Positions 8,787 through 18,224 of a stretch of 64,000 nt of DNA are shown here, in pieces. Positions within the stretch are counted from its first letter, which is position 1, and each line of letters opens with the position of its first letter. The stretch is from assembly GCA_965204735.1 (NCBI GenBank), contig OZ242008.1, positions 1,824,001 through 1,888,000 of the forward strand, written 5' to 3'. The notes beneath the pieces are model-generated. The model searched no databases, was not told where the DNA came from, and worked only from the letters and a program-made list of their open reading frames with translations. A program made the translations under genes and the position numbers. The stretch is from Longimicrobiales bacterium (lineage in GTDB: Bacteria > Gemmatimonadota > Gemmatimonadetes > Longimicrobiales > Gaopeijiaceae).

Positions 8787-10019
8787 TTGAAGAAGACCCT
8801 CGACGACTTCGCCCCGAGCGAACTGAGTGGTGCGACCGTCGCCTTGCGAGCCGACTTCAACGTGCCGCTGGCCGGCGGGCGCGTCGCCGACCCCGCCCGC
8901 ATCGAGCGCACGGTTCCCACCATCGCGCGGCTCGCGGCGACGGGGGCGCGCGTAGTCGTCCTCTCGCACCTGGGACGCCCTGGAGGCCGGCCCGACGACC
9001 GCTTCTCGCTGAGGCCTGCCGCCGAGTATCTGGCAGGGCGGCTCGCCGTGCCGGTGCGCTTCCTCGACAAAGCCGGCGGGCCGGGAGTTGCCGATGCCGT
9101 GGCGGCACAGCGCCCGGGCACCGTCGTGGTCCTGGAGAACACTCGCTTCCTGCCTGGCGAGACCACGAACGATCCGGCAACGGCTGCGGATTGGGCGGCG
9201 TGGACGGACCACTTCGTCACCGACGCCTTCGGCGCGCTCCACCGGGCCCATGCTTCCACCGCCGGCCTTCCTCGGGCCGTCGAGGCGAAGGGCGGCGTCG
9301 CCGCCGCAGGGCTGCTCGTGGAGGACGAGCTGTCCGTGCTGGGCGGCCTGCTTCACGAGCCCCGGCGCCCCTTCGTCGCTGTCCTCGGGGGCGCGAAGGT
9401 GTCGGACAAGATCGGCGTTCTGGATGCGCTCTTGGCCCGGGCGGACGCGGTTCTGGTGGGGGGCGCCATGGCCAACACGTTCTTCCTGGCCATGGGACTC
9501 GAGACGGGAACCTCCCTGACCGAGCCGGGCGAAGCCGAGACGGCGAGAGCGCTCATGGAGACGGCCGGCGCCCGGCTGGCGCTCCCGGTGGACTGCGTGG
9601 CCGCCCGCGACCTGGAGGCGGGAGCGGTCGCAAGGACGGCGGACCGGAGCGAGATCGAGCCGGGGGAGGTGATCGGCGACGTGGGTCCCGCCACCGTCGC
9701 CCTCTTCGGCGGCTTCCTGGAGGAGGCGGCCACGGTGGCGTGGAACGGTCCCATGGGCGCCTTCGAGAAGGCGGGCTTCGAGGAAGGGACGTTCGGCGTG
9801 GCCCGTGCGGCGGCGACGGCCGCGGACCGGGGCGCCGACGTCGTGGTGGGGGGAGGCGACTCGACGGCGGCGGCCGCGGCAGCAGGCGTCGCGTCGCGCT
9901 TGACCCACGTCTCGACAGGAGGCGGGGCCTCGCTGGACTTCCTGGCGGGCAGGGAGTTGCCGGGACTCGAATCGCTGTCGGACCGTCCCGCCGTCGGTTC
10001 CACGGGAGCGCGCTCATGA
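8787..10019 (+). CDS. pgk: Phosphoglycerate kinase
   Basis: RADFNVP, SHLGRP, LENTRF, GGAKVSDKI, WNGPMG, HVSTGGGASL. Confidence 0.97.
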   Translation: MKKTLDDFAPSELSGATVALRADFNVPLAGGRVADPARIERTVPTIARLAATGARVVVLSHLGRPGGRPDDRFSLRPAAEYLAGRLAVPVRFLDKAGGPGVADAVAAQRPGTVVVLENTRFLPGETTNDPATAADWAAWTDHFVTDAFGALHRAHASTAGLPRAVEAKGGVAAAGLLVEDELSVLGGLLHEPRRPFVAVLGGAKVSDKIGVLDALLARADAVLVGGAMANTFFLAMGLETGTSLTEPGEAETARALMETAGARLALPVDCVAARDLEAGAVARTADRSEIEPGEVIGDVGPATVALFGGFLEEAATVAWNGPMGAFEKAGFEEGTFGVARAAATAADRGADVVVGGGDSTAAAAAAGVASRLTHVSTGGGASLDFLAGRELPGLESLSDRPAVGSTGARS

Positions 10020-10885
10020 CCAAGGTCGTTGCGGCCAACTGGAAGATGCACCATGGCCCGCAGGCGGCCGCCCGCTTCTTCCAAGGCTTCCGTCCCGCCG
10101 CCTCCGGAGCCGTCCGGATCGTCTTCTTTCCGCCCTGCGTTTCCCTGTCGGCCGCGGTCGACGCGGCCCGAGGGTCGGCGGGGTCTGGGTGCCCCGTCGA
10201 GTTCGGCGTCCAGAACGTCCACTGGGAGGCTGGCGGGGCGCTCACCGGCGAGACCTCGGCCGAGATGGCCCGGGCCGCGGGAGCGACTCTGGTCCTTGTC
10301 GGGCACTCGGAGCGTCGACACGTCTTCGGCGAGACCGACGAGGAGACGTGCCGCAAGGCGGCCGCCGCCGTCCGGGCCGGGCTGACTCCCGTCGTGTGCG
10401 TGGGCGAGCGGCTCGAGGAACGGCGGGCGGGTCGGCTCCGGGAGGTGCTGGCTCGCCAGCTCGGGGCAGTGGCGGACGCGCTGCCGGCGCCGAGTCCTGG
10501 CGTCGCTGCCGCGAGCAACCACGTGGAGAGCGGCATCCAGTCTCGGGCCGCGCTGCCGGCTGCGAGTCCTGGCGACGCTGCCGCCCCTGTCGCCCCCGCG
10601 CCCGGCTTCATGGTGGCGTACGAGCCCGTGTGGGCGATCGGCACCGGCGAGACGGCGACCCCCGACGACGCTGCCCGCGCCCACGCGATTGTCCGCGACG
10701 TTCTTGGAGGCGCGACGCCCGAGGGCGCCGAGAGGGTCCCGGTCCTGTACGGCGGGAGCGTCGGACCGGGCAACGCAGCCGCGCTGGTCGCCGCGGCCGG
10801 AGTGGACGGCGTGCTCGTCGGCGGAGCCAGCTTGGACCCGAAGTCCTTTGCGGAGATCGTCGAGGCGGCCGCAGGCGCGAGCTGA
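10016..10885 (+). CDS. tpiA: Triosephosphate isomerase (with internal insertion)
   Basis: ANWKM, GHSERR, AYEPVWAIGTG, LYGGSV, LVGGASL. Confidence 0.96.
   Translation: MTKVVAANWKMHHGPQAAARFFQGFRPAASGAVRIVFFPPCVSLSAAVDAARGSAGSGCPVEFGVQNVHWEAGGALTGETSAEMARAAGATLVLVGHSERRHVFGETDEETCRKAAAAVRAGLTPVVCVGERLEERRAGRLREVLARQLGAVADALPAPSPGVAAASNHVESGIQSRAALPAASPGDAAAPVAPAPGFMVAYEPVWAIGTGETATPDDAARAHAIVRDVLGGATPEGAERVPVLYGGSVGPGNAAALVAAAGVDGVLVGGASLDPKSFAEIVEAAAGAS
10477..10584 (+). repeat. 36-nt direct repeat (72-nt period) inside tpiA
   Basis: cgcgctgccggcgccgagtcctggcgtcgctgccgc at 10477 vs cgcgctgccggctgcgagtcctggcgacgctgccgc at 10549. Confidence 0.85.
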
Positions 10886-10926
10886 CGGGCTGGGGCCCCC
10901 TCTGGCTTCGGCCGCCCTTCCGGCTC

Positions 10927-11101
10927 GATGGCGACGCCCCGCAACTTGACGGCAACGCCCCGCCACGGCAGCGCCCCGCCACGGCAGCGCCCCGCCACGG
11001 CAACGCCCCGCCACGGCAACGCCCCGCCACGGCGGCGCCCCGAAACTCGACGGCAGTGCCCGCCAAGGCTGCGCCCGCAACTTGACAGCAGCGCCCCGCA
11101 C
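10927..11101 (+). repeat. Intergenic minisatellite, about 10 degenerate copies of a 16-21 nt unit (core acggcaRcgccccgcc)
   Basis: Five near-perfect adjacent 16-mers at about 10949-11028, flanked by variants carrying an extra aactt/aactc. Confidence 0.88.
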
Positions 11102-11192
11102 TGGGAGCTTTGGCGGTTCCCGCAAACCGCACCGGCGGCCGGGAAGGTGACGACGACGCCACCCCCCGTCCGCGCATCGGACGCGAGCCGCA

Positions 11193-11621
11193 ATGTATGA
11201 AGTGCTGTTGGGCCTTCTGGTCCTGGACGGACTTTTTCTGGGCGTGGTCATCCTTCTGCAGTCGGGCAAGGGCGGAGGACTGGCGGCGATGGGCGGCGGC
11301 GCAGCGGCCACCGACGTGCTCGGAGGCCGCCAGGCGACCACCTTGCTGACCCGCGCGACGTGGACCGCGGGAAGCGCCTTCATGGCGCTGTCGCTGGTGC
11401 TCGCCATCATGTCCTCTCGAACCGCTGCCCCGAGCTCGGTGCTGGAGGGGCTCGGCCAGCCGGCCACCACGGTTCCAGAACCCGTGCTGAACGAAGTCGC
11501 CGCGCCCGAGGAAGCCGCACTGCCCACGGACGAAGCGGCGCCGCCCGACGGCGCTTTCGAGCCGTTGCCGGACGCGCCTCCCCCCGACGGAAACGAGCCG
11601 CCGGAAGGCCCGGGTCGGTAG
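11193..11621 (+). CDS. secG: Preprotein translocase subunit SecG
   Basis: VILLQSGKGGGLAAMGGG..TLLTRAT, two TM helices; canonical position after tpiA. Confidence 0.93.
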   Translation: MYEVLLGLLVLDGLFLGVVILLQSGKGGGLAAMGGGAAATDVLGGRQATTLLTRATWTAGSAFMALSLVLAIMSSRTAAPSSVLEGLGQPATTVPEPVLNEVAAPEEAALPTDEAAPPDGAFEPLPDAPPPDGNEPPEGPGR

Positions 11622-11638
11622 GAGCCCGTCCGCCGCCC

Positions 11639-12715
11639 GTGACCCTCGACGCCGAGAGGGCCGAGGACCTCCTTTACCACGGCTTCCAGGCCCGCTTCCT
11701 GGAACGTCGCGTGCGGGAGCTCGCCGGCGCCGGCGAGCTGTCGCGGGAGTACGCCGCCTTTCGGATCGACTGCCGCGCCGTCGTCATGGCAAGAGCGATG
11801 CGCAGTCGCGCCGATGGTCGGGGCGACGCCTGCGCGCCCGGTCCCGTGTCCCCCGGTCCGGCCTTGGCGTTCGGCGCCACGCCGCTGGAGTTCCTCCGGT
11901 GCGCCGGGCGAAAGGGGACCAGCCCAGCCGCGGCCCGAGGCGGCGGGCGCAGCTGGACCGACCTGCGACGGGGCCTCTTCGGGTGGAGCGGCGCCAGGGG
12001 AACGACGACGCAGGTGACGGCCGGCGCGGCCCTGGCCTTCCGGAAGCGCGACGAGGACCGGGCGGCCCTGGTCTTCGAGGACTTCGCCGCCGTGGAGACG
12101 GGGGCGTGGCACGAAGGCATGAGTCTGGCGGCGGCCTCGGGCGTGCCGTTGATCGCGGCGCTGGTGACCGGTCCCGGCGCCGACGCCGATCGCGCGCCGG
12201 GCGTCGCGGAAGTCGCGGCCAACTACGGCGCGCCCACGGAGCGGATCGGCTCCGAGCCGCTCGAGGAAGTGCTGCGGACGCTCTCCGGCGCCAGGCGCCG
12301 GGTGACCGCCGAAGGCGGGCCGCTGGTGGTGGAGGTCGCGCCTCAGGTCGGCGCCCGGTGGGCCGGCCACGACGCGCTGATCGACTGGGCCGCGGCGGGC
12401 GGAGTGTCGGCGCAGCGGCTGGACGCGGTCCGGAAGGCGGCCCGGGCGGGCGTGGATCATGCGGCCTCGCGACTGCGAAAGGAGCCTGAGCCGCACCCTC
12501 GCGACGCCCTCTGTCCCGTGACCGCCGACGCGGCGCCCGCGCCCCCGTGGACTCGCCTGCAACCACCGCGCCCCGACGTCGCGGCGCGTGCCTCCGGCGA
12601 CGGCGCCGAAGCCGTGCTCTGGGGCGCGGCCGGCGGATCCGCCGAACGAAGGCCGTGGCCTCGACGCGGCGCCCACGCCCAAGCCGCGCTCTGGGACGCA
12701 GCCCCCGCTCGCTAG
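11639..12715 (+). CDS. Divergent 2-oxoacid dehydrogenase E1 alpha-like protein lacking the ThDP-binding motif
   Basis: ARFLERRV..L..AGEL, AGAALAFRKR...ALV, GAWHEGMSLAA..VPLI, GGPLVVE, WAGH align with E1 alpha; lies directly upstream of E1 beta. Confidence 0.72.
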   Translation: MTLDAERAEDLLYHGFQARFLERRVRELAGAGELSREYAAFRIDCRAVVMARAMRSRADGRGDACAPGPVSPGPALAFGATPLEFLRCAGRKGTSPAAARGGGRSWTDLRRGLFGWSGARGTTTQVTAGAALAFRKRDEDRAALVFEDFAAVETGAWHEGMSLAAASGVPLIAALVTGPGADADRAPGVAEVAANYGAPTERIGSEPLEEVLRTLSGARRRVTAEGGPLVVEVAPQVGARWAGHDALIDWAAAGGVSAQRLDAVRKAARAGVDHAASRLRKEPEPHPRDALCPVTADAAPAPPWTRLQPPRPDVAARASGDGAEAVLWGAAGGSAERRPWPRRGAHAQAALWDAAPAR

Positions 12716-12716
12716 G

Positions 12717-13793
12717 ATGCCCGATCGCCCTGGGTCCGCGCCGTCGCGGCCGTCGATCCCGTCCACCTCCCGGTCTCCGGCCCGGCCCGCCCAAGTCTCC
12801 CGAACCGGCGCAGGAGAGCCCGCGACCGTCCTGGAAGCTGTCGCCGAGGCCCTCTGGGAGGAGATGGAGCGGGACGAGCGCGTCTTCCTCATGGGCGAGG
12901 ACATCGGCGCGTACGGCGGCGCCTTCAAGGTCACGAAGGGCTTTCTCGATCGCTTCGGCCCCTTGCGGGTAGTGGACACGCCGATCTCGGAGGGCGGCTT
13001 CACGGGCGCCGCCGCCGGCGCCGCTCACATGGGCCTGCGGCCCGTCGTCGAGATGCAGTTCATGGACTTCGTCTCTCCCGCCTACGACGTGCTCACCAAC
13101 TACGTGGCCACCTCCAGGTACCGAGGCGCCGGACCGCTGCCGATGGTGGTGCGGGGGCCAGTGGGCGGAGGCGCCCGGGGCGGGCCCTTCCACTCCCAGA
13201 ACGTGGAGATGGCGTTCTTCCACACGCCGGGCCTGAAGATCGTGTACCCGTCGAACCCCCGGGACGCCAAGGGGCTTCTGAAGAGCGCCATACGGGACGA
13301 CGACCCGGTGATCTTCGAGGAGCACAAGGTCCTCTACCGAGCACCGCACTGCCGGGAGACTCTGCCCCGGGAGGACTATGCGATTCCCCTAGGAAAGGCC
13401 CGCACCGCCCTCGAGGGAGAGGACCTGACGATCGTCTCCTACGGCATGGCGGTGCACCACTGCCTGGCGGCCGCGAGGGAGCTGGCCAAGGAAGGAGTTC
13501 GCCCGGAGGTCGTGGATCTGCGCACGCTCCTGCCGCTCGACGACGAAGCGGTGGCCGAGTCGGTCAGGAAGACGGGCAAGTTGCTGATCGTGCACGAGGA
13601 CACCCGCACGGGCGGGATCGCCGGCGAGATCGCGATGCGCGTCAACGAGCGGGCGTTCGAATGGCTGGACGGGCCGATCCTCCGGGTCACCGCCATAGAC
13701 TCGCCGGTGCCCTACAGCGGTCGCCTGGAAGACTACTTCCTGCCCTCGCCGGACGATGTGGTGGCCGCGAGCCGTTACCTTGTAGAGTACTGA
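12717..13793 (+). CDS. 2-oxoacid dehydrogenase E1 beta subunit
   Basis: MGEDIG..GGAFKVT, DTPISEGG, EMQFMDF, GPFHSQ, EHKVLY, VDLRTLLPLD. Confidence 0.94.
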   Translation: MPDRPGSAPSRPSIPSTSRSPARPAQVSRTGAGEPATVLEAVAEALWEEMERDERVFLMGEDIGAYGGAFKVTKGFLDRFGPLRVVDTPISEGGFTGAAAGAAHMGLRPVVEMQFMDFVSPAYDVLTNYVATSRYRGAGPLPMVVRGPVGGGARGGPFHSQNVEMAFFHTPGLKIVYPSNPRDAKGLLKSAIRDDDPVIFEEHKVLYRAPHCRETLPREDYAIPLGKARTALEGEDLTIVSYGMAVHHCLAAARELAKEGVRPEVVDLRTLLPLDDEAVAESVRKTGKLLIVHEDTRTGGIAGEIAMRVNERAFEWLDGPILRVTAIDSPVPYSGRLEDYFLPSPDDVVAASRYLVEY

Positions 13794-13838
13794 CGTCTCG
13801 TGCGAGAGCCGGAGCAAACACCGACGGGAGCAGGGTTC

Positions 13839-15470
13839 GTGTCGCGCATCGAAGTCCCAATGCCCCAGATGGGCGAGTCCATAGCGGAAGGGACCGTCTC
13901 CAAGTGGCTGAAGCGTCCCGGCGACCCGGTGGAGCGGGACGAGCCGATCCTGGAGATCTCCACCGACAAGGTCGACGCCGAGATACCGTCGCCCGCCGGG
14001 GGCGTCCTCGCCGAGGTTCGCGTCGCCGAGGGCGAGACGGTGGAAGTGGGGACCGTCGTCGCCTTCATCGACCCCGAGGGCGTGGCGCCGGTCGGCAACG
14101 GCTCGCCGGTTCCGGTCGCCGGCCAGGCCGGCACCGCGGATCGAGTCTCCACGGCCGGGTCCGGCGCCGTCGCTGCTCCCCCTCCGGCCGTTGAGTCTCC
14201 GGCGGACGCCGCCGCCCTTGAGCCCGCGGCGGATGCGGCCGCCCCCGAGTCCGAGTGCACGACGACCAGCGAGGAACGGCTGCGCACCCGCTCCACGCCG
14301 GTGGTCCGTCGGATCGCCGCAGAGGCGGGGGTCGAAATCTCGCAGGTTCCGGGGACCGGGCACCTGGGACGGGTCACCAAGCAGGACATCCTGTCCTTCA
14401 TCGAGGCCGGAGCCGGCGCGACGGTGGACGAGCCTTCGGCGTCCGGGCCGCACGCGGCGGAGGCCTCGGAGACCGAGCGCCGGCCCGTCGCCCCTTCGGC
14501 GTCCGAACAACGGCCCGTCGCCCCTTCGGCGCCCGACTCCGTCGCGGTGCCGCCCTCGGCGCCCGCGCCCGACGCGCCGCCGACCGAGCCGTCGCCCGCG
14601 CGTCCGTCCGCGCCTTCGTCCCCACATCCGACCCAGCCTCCGTCCCAGCCACCGACCCAGCCTTCCGCCCCGCGTCCGTCTGCGCCTCCGGTCCGGTCCC
14701 CGGCCGGCGACGACCTTTGGGACCGCTTCCTCGGAGAGGTCCGCCACCCGGTCTTCCCGGTTCGGGAGGGAGACCAGGTCGAGCCGATGACCAAGGTTCG
14801 CCGCCTCACCGCCGAGCACATGGTGCTGGCCAAGCGGATCGCCCCCCACGTCCACTCCGTCATCGAGATCGACTTCACTGCGGTGGACAAGATCCGCCGG
14901 GAGAAGAAGGCGGCCTGGGCGGAGAGGGGCGCTCGCGTCTCCTACACGGCGTTCGTGGCGTGGGCCTGCTCCCGCATCCTGCGCGACTTCCCCATGGTCA
15001 ACGGCGCCTTGTCCGGGAACAACGTGGTCCACCGGGGTTCGGTCTCCATCGGAGTGGCAGTGGACCTGGACCCGGGCCTCATCGTTCCCGTGGTGCACGA
15101 CGCCGACCACCTGAGCTTGGTCGGAATTGCCCGCAAGATCGTCGACTTGGCCGGCCGGGCCCGGTCGCGGCAACTCTCCCTCGGCGAGATACAGGGTGCC
15201 ACGTTCACCATCACCAACCCCGGCGTGCTGGGCACCGTCGTGGGGATGCCGGTGATCCCGAAGGGAACCTCGGCGATCCTCGGGACCGGCTCGATCGACA
15301 AGCGGGTGGTGGCCTTGACCGACCCCGGCACGGGCGAGGACTTGGTCGCGGTTCGCAAGCGGTCCTACTTCTCCCTGGGCTACGACCACCGCATCGTGGA
15401 CGGCGCCGACTCGGCTCGCTTCCTCTCGCGACTGAAGGCGACGCTGGAGGAGTTCCCGGAAGACGCCTGA
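13839..15470 (+). CDS. Dihydrolipoamide acyltransferase E2
   Basis: Lipoyl domain STDKVDAE, E3-binding TPVVRRIA...GTG..GRVTK, catalytic YDHRIVDG; Pro/Ser-rich linker with 30-nt and 12-nt duplications. Confidence 0.95.
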   Translation: MSRIEVPMPQMGESIAEGTVSKWLKRPGDPVERDEPILEISTDKVDAEIPSPAGGVLAEVRVAEGETVEVGTVVAFIDPEGVAPVGNGSPVPVAGQAGTADRVSTAGSGAVAAPPPAVESPADAAALEPAADAAAPESECTTTSEERLRTRSTPVVRRIAAEAGVEISQVPGTGHLGRVTKQDILSFIEAGAGATVDEPSASGPHAAEASETERRPVAPSASEQRPVAPSAPDSVAVPPSAPAPDAPPTEPSPARPSAPSSPHPTQPPSQPPTQPSAPRPSAPPVRSPAGDDLWDRFLGEVRHPVFPVREGDQVEPMTKVRRLTAEHMVLAKRIAPHVHSVIEIDFTAVDKIRREKKAAWAERGARVSYTAFVAWACSRILRDFPMVNGALSGNNVVHRGSVSIGVAVDLDPGLIVPVVHDADHLSLVGIARKIVDLAGRARSRQLSLGEIQGATFTITNPGVLGTVVGMPVIPKGTSAILGTGSIDKRVVALTDPGTGEDLVAVRKRSYFSLGYDHRIVDGADSARFLSRLKATLEEFPEDA

Positions 15471-15495
15471 GCCGTCGGCCGGCCGGGTTGTCCCC

Positions 15496-16266
15496 GTGGC
15501 CCGCGAAGCAGCGACTGCCGCCGAGCCCACGCCGAGGAAGCCGTCGTGGGCGGACCGCACCTTGGTGGTTCGGCGCCTGGGACGGGTCGGCTACGAGGAC
15601 GGGCTTGCCCTTCAGTCCCGGCTGGTGGACCAGCGCCGTCGGCACGAAGCGCCCGACACGCTTCTGCTCCTCGAGCACCCCCATGTGGTCACTCTGGGCT
15701 CTTCGGGCCGCGAGGACCACGTGCTGCTCTCGCAGGAAGAGCTGGCGGCCCGCCGGATCGGCCTCCACCGGACGGGGCGGGGAGGAGACGCGACCTATCA
15801 CGGCCCCGGCCAGCTGGTGGGCTACCCCGTCCTGGACCTGAAGCCGGACCGCAAGGACCTGCATCGCTACCTGCGAAGCCTGGAGCAGGTGGTGATCGAC
15901 GCCCTGGCCGCGATGGGAGTGGAGGGCGAGCGGGACTCGGCCGGAACCGGCGTGTGGGTGGCCCGCGCCAAGGTGGCCGCCATCGGCATCCGCGTCTCCT
16001 CGGGCTGGATCACGTCCCACGGCTTCGCTCTCAACGCCAACCCCGACCTCGCGTACTTCGGCGCCGTCGTTCCGTGCGGCATCGCGAACCGTCCCGTGAC
16101 CAGCCTCTCCCGGCTGCTGGGCCGCGACGTCTCCCCCGAAGAGGCGCGCCCGCCGGTCGTCGCGGCGATGCGGCAGGTGTTCGGCTACGGCCGGGTGCGC
16201 GACCCGGGTCCAGGGCTCGCCGCGCCGGACCCGCCCACCGCCTTCGGCGGCGCGAACTCGAAGTAG
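15496..16266 (+). CDS. lipB: Lipoyl(octanoyl) transferase
   Basis: LEHPHVVTLG, RGGDATYHGPGQLVGYP, KVAAIG, HGFALN, PCGI. Confidence 0.96.
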   Translation: MAREAATAAEPTPRKPSWADRTLVVRRLGRVGYEDGLALQSRLVDQRRRHEAPDTLLLLEHPHVVTLGSSGREDHVLLSQEELAARRIGLHRTGRGGDATYHGPGQLVGYPVLDLKPDRKDLHRYLRSLEQVVIDALAAMGVEGERDSAGTGVWVARAKVAAIGIRVSSGWITSHGFALNANPDLAYFGAVVPCGIANRPVTSLSRLLGRDVSPEEARPPVVAAMRQVFGYGRVRDPGPGLAAPDPPTAFGGANSK

Positions 16267-16811
16267 TCCCAGAAGCGGTCCCGCTCTTCGCGTTGCCGGT
16301 TCAGCCACTCGTCGAACCCCGAGGGAATCGGCTCCGGAGAGGCGGACTGCTCCTTCGCCGCTCGCGAGGCCAAGTGGTCCACGTACTCGTTCTTGGGGTC
16401 GCCGGCGTGGCCCCGGACCCACTGCCAAGTCATCTGGTGGCGGCCTGCCGAGCGGTCTAGGACCTTCCACATCGCCAAGTTCTCGATCGGTCCGGCCTTG
16501 CGCTTCCAGTTGCGTCGCTTCCAGCCGGGCATCCACTCCGACGCGCCCTTCACCAAGTACTGGGAGTCGGACACGAACCGGACCCGACAGCGCACCTTGA
16601 GGACGTCCAGAGCCATGACGGCGCTGGCCAGGGCCATCCGGTTGTTCGTGGTCGCCGGGCTCGAAGTCCACACGTCTCGCCGCACCCACGCCACGTCCTT
16701 CCAGGCTTCGATCAGGGCGGCGGCTCCGCCGGGGCGGTCCGTGTCCCGAAACTGGTTCCCCAGGCAGGACTCGTCGGCGTGAATGACGACGCGAGGCGGG
16801 TTGCGAGGCAT
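16185..16811 (-). CDS. rnhA: Ribonuclease HI
   Basis: HADESCLGN, TTNNRMAL, SDSQY, WKRRNWK, WVRGHAGDPKNEYVD. Confidence 0.9.
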   Translation of the reverse strand: MPRNPPRVVIHADESCLGNQFRDTDRPGGAAALIEAWKDVAWVRRDVWTSSPATTNNRMALASAVMALDVLKVRCRVRFVSDSQYLVKGASEWMPGWKRRNWKRKAGPIENLAMWKVLDRSAGRHQMTWQWVRGHAGDPKNEYVDHLASRAAKEQSASPEPIPSGFDEWLNRQREERDRFWDYFEFAPPKAVGGSGAASPGPGSRTRP

Positions 16812-16890
16812 TTCCGGAGCTTCGGCTGCAGGCGGGTCGCCGGCCCGAGCCGTGGGGCCCGGGCGGTCCGCCGGAAGATAGGCCGGTGCT

Positions 16891-16918
16891 TTGACGCCGG
16901 AAGGGGGGCGGCTACAAT
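16891..16918 (+). promoter_or_regulatory. Putative sigma-70 promoter of carA
   Basis: TTGACG-N16-TACAAT, 54 nt upstream of the carA ATG. Confidence 0.6.
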
Positions 16919-16972
16919 TCCCCGTGCGCGCCCCGCCGACGCGCGCCCCTGCCGCCGACCAGACGCCGCCGA

Positions 16973-18136
16973 ATGACTCGTTCCAGAACCACCGCCTACG
17001 TCATGCTGGAAGACGGGCGCCGCTTCGACGGCCTGCAGCTTGGCGCGAAGGACGAGACCGTGGGCGAAGTCGTCTTCAACACCGCCATGACCGGCTATCA
17101 GGAGGTTCTGACGGATCCGTCGTACGCCGGCCAGCTCGTCGTCATGACCTGCCCGCTGATCGGCAACTACGGGCTCAACGACGAGGACCAGGAGTCGGCC
17201 CGGCCTCAGGTGTCGGGCTTCGTCGTCAGGGAGGCGGCGCGGGCGCCCAGCTCCTGGAGGAGTCGATGCACGCTGGAGGAGTACTTGGCGGAGCACGGCG
17301 TCGTCGGGGTTCGCGAAGTGGACACGCGGGCGCTGACCCGCCACCTCCGCAGCGCCGGCGCCATGCGGGGCGGCATCGCCCCCGGCCACGTTTCCCCCGA
17401 CGCGTTCCTGGAGCGGATACGGGCCCACCCGGCGATGGAGGGCATGGAGTTGGCGAGAGGCGTCTCCACGGCCGAGCCCTACGTGGTTCCCGCCGCCGGA
17501 GACGAGAAGTACCACGTGGCGGCGTTCGACTTCGGGGTGAAGGCGAGTTCGCCCCGGTCGCTGTCGGAGCGGGGATGCCGCGTCACCGTGCTTCCCGCCG
17601 GCGCCGACACCGCCGACGTGCTGGCCCTGGAGCCGGACGGCCTCTTCGTTTCCAACGGACCTGGAGACCCGGCGGCGGTGGAGCGCGCCGCCGAGACGAT
17701 CCGAGAGGTTGCCGGCCGGGGCGTGCCGGTCTTCGGCATATGCCTGGGCCACCAGCTGATCGCGCGGGCCTGGGGCGGCGAGACGTACAAGCTGCCCTTC
17801 GGCCACCACGGCGGGAACCATCCGGTCGTGAACCCCGCCCGAGGCGCCGTCGAGATCACCTCCCAGAACCATGGCTTCGCCGTGCAGGGCGGCGAGGGCG
17901 ACCAAGTGCCCGGCGCGCCCGACCTTCGAGTCACCCACCGCAACCTCTACGACGGGACCGTGGCGGGCGTCGCCCACCGGAGCCTTCCGGTGATGGCGGT
18001 GCAGTACCATCCGGAGGCCGCGCCGGGGCCCCACGACAGCCGCTACCTCTTCGACGACTTCGTGTCCCTCATGGCCGGGCGCCGGCAGCGGAAGCCGCGG
18101 CCCCCGACACCGACGACCGCCACGTGCGACGTTTGA
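16973..18136 (+). CDS. carA: Carbamoyl-phosphate synthase small subunit
   Basis: GEVVFNTAMTGYQE..TDPSY, SNGPGDP, FGICLGHQ, QYHPEAAPGPHD. Confidence 0.97.
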   Translation: MTRSRTTAYVMLEDGRRFDGLQLGAKDETVGEVVFNTAMTGYQEVLTDPSYAGQLVVMTCPLIGNYGLNDEDQESARPQVSGFVVREAARAPSSWRSRCTLEEYLAEHGVVGVREVDTRALTRHLRSAGAMRGGIAPGHVSPDAFLERIRAHPAMEGMELARGVSTAEPYVVPAAGDEKYHVAAFDFGVKASSPRSLSERGCRVTVLPAGADTADVLALEPDGLFVSNGPGDPAAVERAAETIREVAGRGVPVFGICLGHQLIARAWGGETYKLPFGHHGGNHPVVNPARGAVEITSQNHGFAVQGGEGDQVPGAPDLRVTHRNLYDGTVAGVAHRSLPVMAVQYHPEAAPGPHDSRYLFDDFVSLMAGRRQRKPRPPTPTTATCDV

Positions 18137-18224
18137 CGCCGCCGGGGGCGCCGGCTTACTTCTCCGTTGGCATCGGGTCCCTCGCGAGGCACCCCGGAGG
18201 CGCGAAACACCCCGGAGGAAGGGA

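Noticed and set aside
10927..11101. Possible CRISPR array
   Set aside because: Units are about 16 nt and directly adjacent, with no unique spacers and no cas genes; it is a tandem repeat.
10928..11200. 90-aa repetitive ORF (TATPRHGNAPP...) as a RiPP precursor
   Set aside because: It is simply the translation of a 16-nt (non-triplet) repeat, with no clear RBS or modifying enzymes.
11621..11640. tRNA-Leu often found after secG
   Set aside because: The gap is under 20 bp and no cloverleaf or TTCGAA T-loop is present.
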